The position numbers were made by a program, and so were the translations under genes. 64,000 bases of DNA, from contig OZ244922.1 in NCBI GenBank assembly GCA_965221905.1, positions 896,001-960,000 of the forward strand, in the 5' to 3' direction. This document shows, piece after piece, positions 1-10,152 of this stretch. The stretch comes from Chloroflexota bacterium. GTDB lineage: Bacteria; Chloroflexota; UBA11872; VXOZ01. Each line of letters starts with the position of its first letter. Within the stretch, counting starts at the first letter, position 1. The notes under the pieces were generated by a model. The model saw only the letters and a list, made by a program, of their open reading frames with translations. It had not been told where the DNA came from and searched no databases.

Positions 1-560
1 AATTCTTCATCCACGGCGATCATGCCCGGGGCTTGCGCCACCAGGTGCGCGGCCGGTCCTGCCACGATGCGCACCACCGGCGCGTCCGGTAGCTCGCGAA
101 ACTGCATCGTGCCGAAGTTGTCGGCAAAGAACTTGAACTCGAAGGTGCTCTCCACAAACGTCTGCGCCTGGCTGCCGGGGCTGCCCCCGCAGCGGTCGCC
201 GAGCACGATCCGGATATGCTCGCCCGCCTTTAGGGTGCCGTCGTGCACATGCACGTGGATCGTGCGCCGCCAGGGCCGCACGTGGTTCTCCCGGTCGAAG
301 TGCACCCGCAGCCTGGCGTTGCCGTCGGTAAAGACCTTGCAATAGTTGGCTGCGGTGGGGTCGGTGAAGTTCGGCGCGCCCCAGTCGCAAACGCCCCGCA
401 TCACCAGGCGCAAGTTGGAGCGGTCGTCCATGCCGTACGTGCCGACAGTAAAGGTAAACGTCCACGTGCCCCAAGACCCGGCCGCCACGTCGGCGGTCGG
501 CTCCAATGCAACCGTACCGCAGTACTCACGCAATGTCGCTGCATCATATTCCGGTGGCAT
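1..560 (-). CDS. DUF3604/PHP-like domain protein, N-terminal part (runs off left edge)
   Basis: Not in the ORF track. Hand translation from ATG 560 (purine-rich GAGAGGGGA upstream): MPPEYDAATLREYCGTVALEPTADVAAGSWGTWTFTFTVG...GTLKAGEHIRIVLGDRCGGSPG...PVVRIVAGPAAHLVAQAPG, open to base 1. Resembles the N-terminus of 27684..29636 (LPAGDTLCLTYGDRRAGGPG). Confidence 0.75.
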   Translation of the reverse strand, partial: MPPEYDAATLREYCGTVALEPTADVAAGSWGTWTFTFTVGTYGMDDRSNLRLVMRGVCDWGAPNFTDPTAANYCKVFTDGNARLRVHFDRENHVRPWRRTIHVHVHDGTLKAGEHIRIVLGDRCGGSPGSQAQTFVESTFEFKFFADNFGTMQFRELPDAPVVRIVAGPAAHLVAQAPGMIAVDEE

Positions 561-737
561 GATGTTTCGAAGTTCCCCTCTCGTTAAATAAGGCTTCTTT
601 GGAACTGCATCCTCGAAATGGAGGAGTAGCAGTTCTTGCTCGAACTATGCTCTGTCTCTTACCTTTCGTCGTTTGCCTTTCGCCAGCCCGCGTCGTAAGT
701 ACCCTTGGTTCCCCGCGTGCTGAGGCCTACGTGCTGG

Positions 738-1922
738 CTATTTTTGTTGGCAGGCTTCTGCGTACACCGCCAGGGTGTGTTCGGCGATGCGCGGCCATGA
801 GAACGTGCGGGCGAAGCCTTTTGCGGCGACGCCGAAGGTTTCTGCCATTGTGTGGTCAGTGTAGAGCGAGCGCAAGGCCAGACAAAGCGCGGCTGGATCT
901 TCAGGCGGCACGAGAATCAAGGCGTCGCTTTCCTGTATCTCCGGCGACGGCTGTTTGGGGTAGGTGCTGACCACCGGCAGGCCGTGGGCAAGCGCAGTGA
1001 GCAGGCTGGTGCGGCGCAGCGACGCCCCGTCCGCAAAAGGCAGGGCCATGGCATCGCAGGTGGCGAGCGCGCGGGAGGCGTCAGCCGCTTCCAGGTAGCC
1101 CGTGCTGAGCAGAATGTCTCCCATGTCCAGGTCCAGTCTGCGGATGAGTCGCTCCAAGTGCTCCTTATAGACGGCGTTATAGGGATCGCTCTCACCCAGA
1201 CTGCCGCCAATGATGAGCGCCTGCGCGGGAATGCCCTGATCGCGCAGGATGCGCACCGCTTGGAATAGCGTGTCCAGACCTTTGGTGAGGTTTACGAAGC
1301 CAAAGAACCCCACCAGGAAGGCGTCGGGCGCGACGCCGCATTCGGCGCGGAGCGATTGCCGTTCATCTACGGTGATGGGGACGACGGAAACGGCCGGCCC
1401 AACGCCGATCTGGTGTGTCGGCGTTTTCTTCGATGAAGGCACGCCTGCATCTACCGTAGCGCCCCAGTGTTCCCGGTCTTCGCGCGTGGTGAAGATAAGC
1501 GCGTCACTCTTTCGACCCAGCATGTGGGTTACCCAGTGGCGCAGCGGGCCCGCCTTGGGAAAGAGATAAGGCGTACGCAGGTCGTGGAAGGTGGTAACGA
1601 CGGCCGGCCGCGGCGTGCGGCGCCGAAGGTACCAGGGCAGCAGGTTGACGGCGGGCTTGAGGTCGAAAGCGGCGGTCTGATACTGGATGTGCACCACGTC
1701 GATCCGGCGTTCGCTGATTATCTGCTGCGCTACTCCCCAAAAGGGAAAGCCCCACGTCCCCACCACGGGATGAACCGTGGGTTCGGTGCTGGCGCAATCT
1801 GAGCTGGTCAGCACCTCGCTTGTTACGTCGAGCGCGCGCAATTCGGACCGCAATATCGCCGTATAGTCGGCAATGCCGCCCTGGTTGGGTGGGTATTCAC
1901 CTGTGATGTAGAGAACGCGCAT
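738..1922 (-). CDS. glycosyltransferase family 4 (GT-B)
   Basis: MRVLYITGEYPPNQGGIADY start, TTFHD, FFGFVNLTKGLD, ALAHGLPVVST, FSWPRIAE end. Confidence 0.9.
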   Translation of the reverse strand: MRVLYITGEYPPNQGGIADYTAILRSELRALDVTSEVLTSSDCASTEPTVHPVVGTWGFPFWGVAQQIISERRIDVVHIQYQTAAFDLKPAVNLLPWYLRRRTPRPAVVTTFHDLRTPYLFPKAGPLRHWVTHMLGRKSDALIFTTREDREHWGATVDAGVPSSKKTPTHQIGVGPAVSVVPITVDERQSLRAECGVAPDAFLVGFFGFVNLTKGLDTLFQAVRILRDQGIPAQALIIGGSLGESDPYNAVYKEHLERLIRRLDLDMGDILLSTGYLEAADASRALATCDAMALPFADGASLRRTSLLTALAHGLPVVSTYPKQPSPEIQESDALILVPPEDPAALCLALRSLYTDHTMAETFGVAAKGFARTFSWPRIAEHTLAVYAEACQQK

Positions 1923-2037
1923 TGGTGCTAAAGGGTGTGACGCTCGCGGCGTAGAGTACGCGGACTGTGTCGCAGACGGATTTGTCGCGGAAGCAATTGG
2001 TTTCTGTAATATCTAAGTAAGAAGCTGAACACTTGCA

Positions 2038-3894
2038 TTATACGAGACGCCGACCTCGCCCCGGAAAGCCGGTAAGGTACCAAGCGGTCACGTGGGCAAA
2101 AACATTGGCGTTTTGGCGCAAGATGGGGTGTTTTCGCCACAGTAGGGATCTCAAGGTCTGATCCGCCGTGTAAGCAGCGAAGAGGAGGCCGATGATGCCC
2201 CGCAGAAGTAGGGCAACCAAGCGGCCCCGCTCCTTTGCCAGGAACTTGTGGCGACTGAGGTGGAAGTTCAGGGCGCGGGCAATCAGGTCTTGATCGGCGC
2301 TTTGGCTGCGGTGGTGCCGCACGTGAGCATCAGGGAGATATGCAACTTCCCAACCTGCTTCCTTGATACGCAGACACCAATCAGTCTCCTCAAAGTACAT
2401 GAAGAAGCGCGGATCGAACCCACCGACCGCCTGCAAGACCGCCCGCCGCACGACGAGGCAGGCGCCCACCACCCAATCTACCCGCGCTTCTTGGGTCTCG
2501 TCCAGATCGCGGCAGTAGAACCGTTGGAGGTCCGGCGTTTCCCCAAGCCACCACTCCAGGGGGGTGCTCTGGAGGAATACCGTGGCCAAGGTATACGAGC
2601 GGCGGCACGTGGACTGGGTGTGCCAATTGGCGCGATTGGAGCCGTCGGGCGCAGCTATGTGGGGCCCGAGCAGCCCTACGTGCGGTTGCTGGTCAAGAAA
2701 GTTCTGAATGGCAGCGAAGAATCCGGATTGGACGCTGGCATCCGGATTTAGAACAACCACCGATTCTCCTTGCGCCGCCAGCATGCCCTGGTTTGCCGCT
2801 TGGCCGAAACCCTTATTCGTGCTGTTAGCGATCAGGCTCACCTTGGGGAAGCGTGCTCGTACCATCGCGACGCTGCAATCCAGCGATGCATTGTCTACGA
2901 CGATCACCTCGCCCGAAATGCCGGCGTTTTTTATATCAGTTTCTACCGAGCTTATGGCCTTAGCTAAGAGGTCGGCTACGTTGTACGAAACGATAACGAC
3001 CGAAACGGCGCAGGTGGCTGCAGGCAGTTCGCGAAACTCCTGCCACACTTGCGTGGTGGGGTCGTTCTCCAGGGCCGCAAGGTGACGGTACGTGCGCCAA
3101 TCGAAGTAGGCCATTGCGGCGCTGAGCGCAAAACCCACCCAACCTCCGGCGAATCCCCGCCAGGTAAAGAAGTGGCGGTTGAAGGCCCGCAGCGGCTGCA
3201 GGAAATAATTGCGCAGGCGCACCCGCTGCCCCTGGAGCCAGAGACGGCGCGCCTCCAGTTGCGCATATCGGTGATGCTTGGCTACAAACTGCCGTACCGA
3301 GGCGTAACTGTAGTGGGTCAGGGGTTGAGACAGTCGTTTATCGGGACCGTCGAGCACTACGAGCTCGTGCACCAGCCTGTTCGGATCATAGCGGCCTTTC
3401 GCGACCTGAAATAACCTGAGTTGGTAATCGGGGCTCCAGCCTGCGTACTGCAACCAGCGTTCTTTCAGGAGATTCTTGCGGGGAATCCAGTATCCTGACA
3501 CCGCCTCGTCCTGCACCCCAGTTCTAATCTCCTCCGCGAGTACTGGAGTTACGATCTCATCGGAATCGATGAAGAGCACCCATGGGGTCTTTACAAGGGA
3601 AAGAGCGAAGTTCCGCTGGGCGGCGAAACTCTCGAGTTTTCGTTCTAACACGTGCGCGCCGTGTGGTCGACAGCGGTCAGGAGTCTCGTCTGTGCTGAAG
3701 TCATCCACTATCAAAATGCTGTCGACCCAGGCGAGGGGAGTGAGACAAGCATCAATCTCGGCTGCCACGTTACGGGTAAGCACCACGGCCGTTATGCCGG
3801 TAGGAGTTGGCTCCGAAGATGGATTCCCGCCCCGTATCGAGTGTGGGGCAGGCTGTGCGCGGGAATAACGGAGTTGCATATTCAACGGGGCCAC
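2038..3894 (-). CDS. tandem two-domain GT2 glycosyltransferase
   Basis: Domain 1: AVVLTRN...IVDDFSTD...AAQRNFAL...LFIDSDE...PDYQLRLF (WaaE/KdtX-like). Domain 2: VVIVSYN...VVDNASLD...LNPDA...GGFDPRFFMYFEETDWC (WbbL-like). Confidence 0.88.
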   Translation of the reverse strand: MAPLNMQLRYSRAQPAPHSIRGGNPSSEPTPTGITAVVLTRNVAAEIDACLTPLAWVDSILIVDDFSTDETPDRCRPHGAHVLERKLESFAAQRNFALSLVKTPWVLFIDSDEIVTPVLAEEIRTGVQDEAVSGYWIPRKNLLKERWLQYAGWSPDYQLRLFQVAKGRYDPNRLVHELVVLDGPDKRLSQPLTHYSYASVRQFVAKHHRYAQLEARRLWLQGQRVRLRNYFLQPLRAFNRHFFTWRGFAGGWVGFALSAAMAYFDWRTYRHLAALENDPTTQVWQEFRELPAATCAVSVVIVSYNVADLLAKAISSVETDIKNAGISGEVIVVDNASLDCSVAMVRARFPKVSLIANSTNKGFGQAANQGMLAAQGESVVVLNPDASVQSGFFAAIQNFLDQQPHVGLLGPHIAAPDGSNRANWHTQSTCRRSYTLATVFLQSTPLEWWLGETPDLQRFYCRDLDETQEARVDWVVGACLVVRRAVLQAVGGFDPRFFMYFEETDWCLRIKEAGWEVAYLPDAHVRHHRSQSADQDLIARALNFHLSRHKFLAKERGRLVALLLRGIIGLLFAAYTADQTLRSLLWRKHPILRQNANVFAHVTAWYLTGFPGRGRRLV

Positions 3895-3904
3895 TGGGGA
3901 GTGC

Positions 3905-4891
3905 TCACTGATGATGCTCGCCCCTGAGTGCTAAAGCCAGTACACGGAGTCGACTTTGCCAGCGGTCGCGGAGTTCGTGGCCGGGGTCTGGGTTGTCGTT
4001 TTCGTGCAAGCCGGAGTCCTTGCCGCTTATGCGCGGCGTTAGGAGTTGCGGAAGCATCTTGCATAGATCCCACAGCGCGCCTATCGCCACGATGCCGCGG
4101 GCGGCCCACTGGTAGCGGCGACTGCAATGCTTGGCAAAAAGCTTGAAGCGGCTGCGATGCAATTCCACGAACATGCGTCCGGCCGCCTGTTTCGTGCTTT
4201 GACCTTCGTGGTGCACGACGCGTGCATCGGGCACGTGCATAATCTCCCAACCCGCTAGTTTGATGCGGCGGCACCAGTCCACTTCCTCGCAATACATGAA
4301 GAATTGTTCGTCAAGCCACCCCACGACAGTGCACGCTTCGCGCCGCACCATCATGCATGCGCCGAGGGGATAGTCCATCGCAAAGGGTTTCTCATGCAGG
4401 GCAAACGGGTAGCGGCCGTACAGCCGCGAATTCAGCAAACGATGATTTAGAGGAAAAAAATCTATCAGCGCCATGGCGAGCGTGGGAAAGCGAAATGCCG
4501 CATGCTGATACCTGCCGTCAGGGTATAGGAGCGTCGGTCCCACCACGCCAACGTTAGGGTGGGCAATGAGAAATGTCGCGAGGGCATCCAAAGCGCTGGG
4601 AAATAGCTGCGTGTCCGGGTTGAGCAAGCAAAGGAAGGTGCCACGCGCGGCCCGTAGCCCCTGGTTGCTGGCTACGGCAAAGCCGCGATTTTCCTCATTA
4701 GCAATCACCTGCACGTGGGGAAACTGCTCTCGCACCAGCGCCACGCTGTCGTCAGCGGACGCGTTGTCGACCACGATCACTTCGTCCGGCGGGTGCGGCT
4801 CTGCGGCTATGGACGCCAAACAGCGCGCCAAGAGCGAGCGTACATTGTACGAGACGATGACTACCGATAGGCTATTTCGGCTCGATTGCAT
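3905..4891 (-). CDS. GT2 glycosyltransferase (WbbL/rhamnosyltransferase-like)
   Basis: VVIVSYN, VVDNASAD, NRGFA, LLNPDT, GACMMVRR, FFMYCEEVDWC. Confidence 0.9.
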   Translation of the reverse strand: MQSSRNSLSVVIVSYNVRSLLARCLASIAAEPHPPDEVIVVDNASADDSVALVREQFPHVQVIANEENRGFAVASNQGLRAARGTFLCLLNPDTQLFPSALDALATFLIAHPNVGVVGPTLLYPDGRYQHAAFRFPTLAMALIDFFPLNHRLLNSRLYGRYPFALHEKPFAMDYPLGACMMVRREACTVVGWLDEQFFMYCEEVDWCRRIKLAGWEIMHVPDARVVHHEGQSTKQAAGRMFVELHRSRFKLFAKHCSRRYQWAARGIVAIGALWDLCKMLPQLLTPRISGKDSGLHENDNPDPGHELRDRWQSRLRVLALALRGEHHQ

Positions 4892-5186
4892 ACCGCCTGA
4901 CGCTTCTCCTACGTGGGTTCCCAGGCAAAGCTGCCGGCTCGAAACGGTGTGATCGATCCGGCCCGGAAGCTCAACCCGTATTGCAGGATTTCCTAACGGG
5001 CGCTTATCTCTCTACGCCAAGACACCGGCACTATGCTTTAGGATCGCATGAGTTCCTTGGCGTTGGCGGTTAAGAGTCCTGTTCCTTTAGTGAAACAGCC
5101 TCAATGCTCAGGCGTCAACACTGCCTAACACAAAACTAGAAGGCTCAAGAGGAAGCCTGTGTCTGCTTCGCGCACGCTGCGATTGC

Positions 5187-6233
5187 TTATGCACTGCTCG
5201 AGGCGGGAGTTGCCGCCGCCGCAAACGTGAACTCTTTGAACTCGTTCTCGCAGGGGCGCCCATGCGCGATGAGCATGCGGCGCTCGTCGGGAATCATGAT
5301 ATAACCGATTACGCTGTGCGCGTGCGGCCCGTGCTGACAGATGGACGTCGGATCGGCGTGTGCGCGCGCAATGGCAATCACCTGCTCCAACGAGTGCGGC
5401 TGCTCGGCAGTGAGTTGCTGGAGTAGGTCATAGCGGCCGTGGCTGTTGGCCATGAAGGCCTCGTTGTCAGTGCGCAGCATCGGCCGCACGTGGTCGACCA
5501 GGCAATGGTTGGAGGTCCAGATCGCATGGTCGTCGAGGCGGCGCACGCCGATTGCCGTGGGTGTGCGCTCAGCTACCGCTCCGTTGCCAGAGGCATCGGT
5601 AAAGGCCAGATTGTGGCCGTGGGCCATGATGGGCGTGTGTTCAACCAGAGCTATCGCGCCATCAACATCATCGGGATACTGCAGAAAATAGCGTAAGGCT
5701 ATGTTGGCAGGAACACCGTAGTCCCAGTCTGAGTCAGTGTTGGGCAGGCTGCCGCCTCCGAAGGTAAGGCCGGCCTCATTGATGCCTCCGTTCATCCACA
5801 CCGTACCGGCCCACGTGACGCCAATAAAGTCATGACCGGTTGCGGGATGCGCTTCCAAGTAAACGTGAAACTTAAGGACTTCCAGGGTCACGTCGTTGGA
5901 CTTGTAGTGCACGATGCCGTGGTCAGGGGTGACGAGCACAAAATTCGTACAGCCGACCTGCGTGCGCCTCAACTCTTGACAGGAATTGTATGCGAGCAAA
6001 TCTGAAAAGGCGACACCCGCGCCATCGGCAATGCCGTGTAGCTCCTCCAGCGCCTCCGGGATGACATTTTCCATATTGCGTTCCACTTGCGCGAGCACCC
6101 GCGCTGTGTGGTCGGCAGGAAATCTGCCTTCAGGGACTACATGCTGAATGGCCGCTGCAACCAGATCGGCAAAGGCTTCCCCGTGTTGCCGGCCCATCTC
6201 ATACGGTGTTCCACTCAGAACTACCTTGCGCAT
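5187..6233 (-). CDS. peptidase C45 / acyl-CoA:6-APA acyltransferase-like Ntn hydrolase
   Basis: GTPYEMGRQHG, EELHGIADGAG, G|CTNF autoprocessing Cys, GINEAGL, TSNH. Start placed at ATG 6233 after GAGGAGG. Confidence 0.82.
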   Translation of the reverse strand: MRKVVLSGTPYEMGRQHGEAFADLVAAAIQHVVPEGRFPADHTARVLAQVERNMENVIPEALEELHGIADGAGVAFSDLLAYNSCQELRRTQVGCTNFVLVTPDHGIVHYKSNDVTLEVLKFHVYLEAHPATGHDFIGVTWAGTVWMNGGINEAGLTFGGGSLPNTDSDWDYGVPANIALRYFLQYPDDVDGAIALVEHTPIMAHGHNLAFTDASGNGAVAERTPTAIGVRRLDDHAIWTSNHCLVDHVRPMLRTDNEAFMANSHGRYDLLQQLTAEQPHSLEQVIAIARAHADPTSICQHGPHAHSVIGYIMIPDERRMLIAHGRPCENEFKEFTFAAAATPASSSA

Positions 6234-6502
6234 AGCAATTCCTCCTCTGCAACTGACGAAATCTGCCGCTACGTACCTCGGGAGCATTGGGTATCGCTTG
6301 GAAGCCGCTCTACCGCCCTCGTCGCTCCCAGTTTAGTGGACGCTTGTAGGTCATGGAAAGGCACTGTCGATTCAGGTTGGAATGAGGCTCTGCGGGATCG
6401 CTCATTCCTGATGTGCCACAGCGCAGATTGCCTTGAGATTATCAACTTTCCGCAAACTATCACGTTCTCTGAGGAAAGCTGGTTGAGGGTATTGCCACAG
6501 AA

Positions 6503-7159
6503 TTACGAAGAGGTCTCTTCAAGCGCTTCCGCCGTGCGGTGAGTGCGGATGTATTCGAGGCTGCGGCGGTACTGGTCTTCCGTAATGAATTGCTTGGACA
6601 TATAGAGGTTGAGCATCACTTCGAGGCGCAGAATTGGGTAGAGGGTATATCCGTGTCGCTTAAGGCGCGCTGCGCCGCCTTGATCGCGGTCCACGAGGAC
6701 GATAGCGTCGCGGACGATCAAACCCGCCTCTTGCAAGATAGCCGCCGTTTCCAGGATACTGCCGCCGGAGGTGATGAGGTCGTCGATGATAAGGACGGTC
6801 TCTCCCGCCGCGTAGCGCCCTTCGATGCGGTGCTCTCCTGCCTCGCTGCGCGCGTAGATCATGGGGACATCGGTCGCCAGGGAAAAGGCTGTAGCGAGAT
6901 GCAGCCCTCCAAAGGGAACACCTGCCACAAGGGTGAAGGGGCGAATTTTGGGATGGCGCATAGCTTGGCCGGAGCTTGTCTCCTGGGCGATAAGCTGCGC
7001 GGCGGCGCGCAGCGAGTGTGGATTGCTCACCAAGACTCGCGGGTCGATATAGATTGGCGAATGCACGGTCGTGCGGCCTAGCGTGTAGTCGCCGAAGCGC
7101 ACGCCGCCTAGCTGGAACATGTTTTCAGCAAGCCACAAATTTGAGACAGGCTGCTCCAC
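6503..7159 (-). CDS. pyrE: orotate phosphoribosyltransferase-like PRTase
   Basis: FGDYTL...SPIYID, AGVPFGG, PRPP-binding VLIIDDLITSGGS, VLVDRDQGG. GTG start at 7159 with GGAAAGGG upstream. Confidence 0.75.
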   Translation of the reverse strand: MEQPVSNLWLAENMFQLGGVRFGDYTLGRTTVHSPIYIDPRVLVSNPHSLRAAAQLIAQETSSGQAMRHPKIRPFTLVAGVPFGGLHLATAFSLATDVPMIYARSEAGEHRIEGRYAAGETVLIIDDLITSGGSILETAAILQEAGLIVRDAIVLVDRDQGGAARLKRHGYTLYPILRLEVMLNLYMSKQFITEDQYRRSLEYIRTHRTAEALEETSS

Positions 7160-7202
7160 GTCAATCCCTTTCCGCGTGGATAGAATAGTTGTCAGAAACA
7201 CT

Positions 7203-7232
7203 ATTATCCTTCACCGGCAAGTCGAATGTCAA
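7203..7232 (-). promoter_or_regulatory. putative sigma70 promoter for pyrE
   Basis: TTGACA-N18-GATAAT on the minus strand about 45 bp upstream of the start. Confidence 0.45.
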
Positions 7233-7265
7233 TTGCCGCTCTGCTGCGCGAGTGGGGCCGGCTGA

Positions 7266-8021
7266 CTATTGCGTGTCCCGCACTTCCGCGATTGCTAGAT
7301 AAGAAAGGCCGAAAGGCAGATTGCGTCGCGCCAGCCACCGGGCCTCGGCTCGATGCACGGCGACAGTCAACGCATTGAGCACGGCCGGTACAGCCGGGAA
7401 ATCGCTTCGGGATTCTTCCTCTCCAGCATTCTGTGACAAGAGTTTCGTAAGACCCCGCACGATCAACGCGGGCGGATAAATTGAAGCGAATGTAGGTGAG
7501 ATACGAAGAAGCCGTAAGCCTGCACCCTCGATTGTTCGCCGGAGAGACCGCTCGGAGTAGCGCCGGAAGTGGTGGAGAGCTCGGTCGTGCTTACCAAAGA
7601 GCGCTGGGTGCGCGGGCACGGTACAGAGGAAGATGCCGCCCGGTCGCAGCACGCGGGCACTCTCGCGGACCGCGGGCGCATCATGGCGCAGGTGCTCCAG
7701 CATGTCGGCAGCCACAATCAGGTCGAAGGCATCAGCAGCATACGGGAGCGCCGTGGCGCTGGACTGCACCAGGTTGCCAAGGTTGCGCTCCGCACAGAAG
7801 GTAAGCGCTGCTTTCTCAATGTCGATGCCATGTGTTTCTCCATCGGTGGAGAGCATTTCGAGGACGGCGCCGGTGCCACACCCGATGTCGAGGATGCGCG
7901 GGCCGGCAGGGAGCCGCGTGTCAACAGTGCTCAGAGCTGCTTGCAAGAACAGGCGCTTGGACTTGAACCACCAGTAGTGGTCTTCCAGCGCAAACATCTT
8001 GGCATACTCGTCGCGTTTCAC
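7266..8021 (-). CDS. class I SAM-dependent methyltransferase
   Basis: EDHYWWF, ILDIGCGTG, DMLEH, RVLRPGG, TVPAHP...HDRALHHFRRY. Confidence 0.88.
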   Translation of the reverse strand: MKRDEYAKMFALEDHYWWFKSKRLFLQAALSTVDTRLPAGPRILDIGCGTGAVLEMLSTDGETHGIDIEKAALTFCAERNLGNLVQSSATALPYAADAFDLIVAADMLEHLRHDAPAVRESARVLRPGGIFLCTVPAHPALFGKHDRALHHFRRYSERSLRRTIEGAGLRLLRISPTFASIYPPALIVRGLTKLLSQNAGEEESRSDFPAVPAVLNALTVAVHRAEARWLARRNLPFGLSYLAIAEVRDTQ

Positions 8022-8583
8022 CGTAGCTTCACCTAACCCCTAAATGCATTGCGACATGTACAATGTTGGTCGTAAAGAGCACTGGCGCCAAAATACTCCT
8101 GCGCGGTCCGGTCGGCGATCTACCGGCTAATTCGGGAGATCAGCGAGGATTTCAGTCCCTCAGCACCTGAGATAAAGACCGCTGCGATGGACTTTGCCAC
8201 TTAGTCTGAAGGACACCGGATACACGCGAACCGGGACCAACTGACTTCTGCTCCATCGCTACGCCGCTGCACACTCTAGTATGTATTGTACGGCATTGGG
8301 ATGAGGACGCGAATGGGCCGTAGGGCAAGGAAGCGTGTGCCGGCAGAGTGGATTGCCGGTAGGAAGCGCGACGACTCTCGGCGGAAGAGCCGTGAGAGCA
8401 AATGCTCCGGGCGCGCTGAGATTGTCTGGAGAGATGCCGAGCGTTAGAGAGTTCGCATTGCACCTCTTTACGGCCGGCAAGCTAAGATAGAAACGTGAGC
8501 GCAAGCGGAGGGACCTGACTGTGTGCTATGCCCGCTGCCAGGTGATGATGCGGCGGCAAAGCGCCTAAAGACGAAAGAGAACA

Positions 8584-10140
8584 ATGAAGACACATTCGAC
8601 ACTCCTCGGTGTAGTGAGCATACTCGCGAGTGCTGTGGCCTCTGCGGCCTTACTGGTGCTGGCGTTTCCTCCGTATGACTATTGGTTCCTGGCGTGGGTG
8701 GCACTCGTGCCGATGTTGTTGCCGCTGGCACTTCCCACGCAGCGCCCGCGCACTGCCCGGGCCTCGGCTGCCCTGACGTTCGTGCTTTTCATGGGCGTGC
8801 TCTTCTGGCAGGCATTCCCGCCCGGCCTCACGTCCCGCGCCTGGCGGAGCGGCGACTTTCCGCCGATTCTCTTTCTTGACTCACCGGCGTTATTCGTGAG
8901 CGTCATTCTGCTCCCGACTCTCTTTGTGATTTTCTATTTCGGGCGCGTACCGATCGGCTCGCCGATCTCCCTTGCGCAGGTAAAGCCGTACTTCTGGCTC
9001 CTGCCGCCCGCTGTGTGGACGCTCACTGAGTACGTCCGCTACCGGCTGCAGTTCGGTCACATCTGGGGCAATCTCTTTACAACGCAGCACACAGCACCGG
9101 CCGCATTGGTGGTTACGCGGTTTGGCGGCCCGTGGTTGCTGACGTTTTGTATAGTCCTGGTCAATGTCCTCATTGTGGTTGGTCTCGCTCGCTTGCTGGC
9201 GCGCCTTCCCGCGAGAGCTGCAGGAGTGTCCGCGCTGGCAATTCCAGTCTTGCTGGGCAGCGTATTCTTTGGCTCGGCAGTGCAGGCATTCGCTGCGCCA
9301 CAAGCACAGACTGAGCCGCGGACGATAGAAGTGGCGCTCGTGCAGCCCGGCATCGACATGTCCGACTACTACGATATGTCGGTCCGGCAGGGCGTGCGCG
9401 ACTACTTCGCGCTGGCTTGGAGCGACGTGGAGCAACTCTCACGCGAGCAAGCGCAGGGCGCGGACCTCATCGTCTGGCCGGAGGCAACGGTCTGGCGCGA
9501 CGTGCAAGCCGACCCCGAAGCCCGCGACCGCCTGGCGCAGTTTGCCCGTGAGATGAATGCGTATCTCTTTGCCCCCTACTTTGTGGACACTGATCCCCGT
9601 GGCTTCCGCAATGAGGCAGTGCTGGTCTCTCCTGAGGGAGAGTTTCTTGGCGTGTACGCTAAGAACCACCCCATAGTCTTCGTGGGAGAGGAAAGCGTGA
9701 CCGGCGGCGCGCATCCGGTATTCTTCACGCCTCTGGGCACGTTTGCCACGATGATGGCGTACGATTCTGACTTTCCCGACGTGGCGCGAACGCTAACGTC
9801 CAACGGCGCGCAGCTCATTGCGGTCACGAGCCATGACTGGGTGGAAATGAGCCCGTTTCAGGTGGCGGCCGGCGCACTACGCGCCGCTGAGAATAACGTA
9901 ACCATTGTAAAGGCGGATTGGCGCTACGGCAGCGCTGTAATCCTGCCTAGCGGTGAAATCATCGCCAGCACTTCTGCGTTGGAGCCGGATCGCACGGTAC
10001 TCCGTGCCACCGTACCCGTACCGGAGGACTCCGGCACGCTGTACACGCGCACCGGCGACTGGTTCCCAGGACTGTGCGCACTCTTAGTCGTTGGGCTGCT
10101 GGCCCGAATGCGCTGGGAACGGCGATCCGCAGGCCGTTAA
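8584..10140 (+). CDS. apolipoprotein N-acyltransferase (Lnt)-like membrane protein, nitrilase fold, nucleophile Cys replaced by Ala
   Basis: LAFPP...LAWVALVP TM region, VALVQPG, LIVWPEA, RNEAVL, YAKNHP, MMAYD in place of ICYE/D, LRAAEN, TLYTRTGDWF. Confidence 0.82.
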   Translation: MKTHSTLLGVVSILASAVASAALLVLAFPPYDYWFLAWVALVPMLLPLALPTQRPRTARASAALTFVLFMGVLFWQAFPPGLTSRAWRSGDFPPILFLDSPALFVSVILLPTLFVIFYFGRVPIGSPISLAQVKPYFWLLPPAVWTLTEYVRYRLQFGHIWGNLFTTQHTAPAALVVTRFGGPWLLTFCIVLVNVLIVVGLARLLARLPARAAGVSALAIPVLLGSVFFGSAVQAFAAPQAQTEPRTIEVALVQPGIDMSDYYDMSVRQGVRDYFALAWSDVEQLSREQAQGADLIVWPEATVWRDVQADPEARDRLAQFAREMNAYLFAPYFVDTDPRGFRNEAVLVSPEGEFLGVYAKNHPIVFVGEESVTGGAHPVFFTPLGTFATMMAYDSDFPDVARTLTSNGAQLIAVTSHDWVEMSPFQVAAGALRAAENNVTIVKADWRYGSAVILPSGEIIASTSALEPDRTVLRATVPVPEDSGTLYTRTGDWFPGLCALLVVGLLARMRWERRSAGR

Positions 10141-10152
10141 AGAGGGAAATCC

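Noticed and set aside
7-474. 155-aa minus-strand ORF in the track
   Set aside because: Wrong frame: Arg/Gly-rich shadow of the DUF3604-like CDS starting at 560.
8531-8569. Leader similarity GCCAGGTG...GCGCCTAAA shared with 47525-47565, as a possible riboswitch
   Set aside because: Spacing and predicted pairing differ, the matches are short, and I recognise no known riboswitch consensus.
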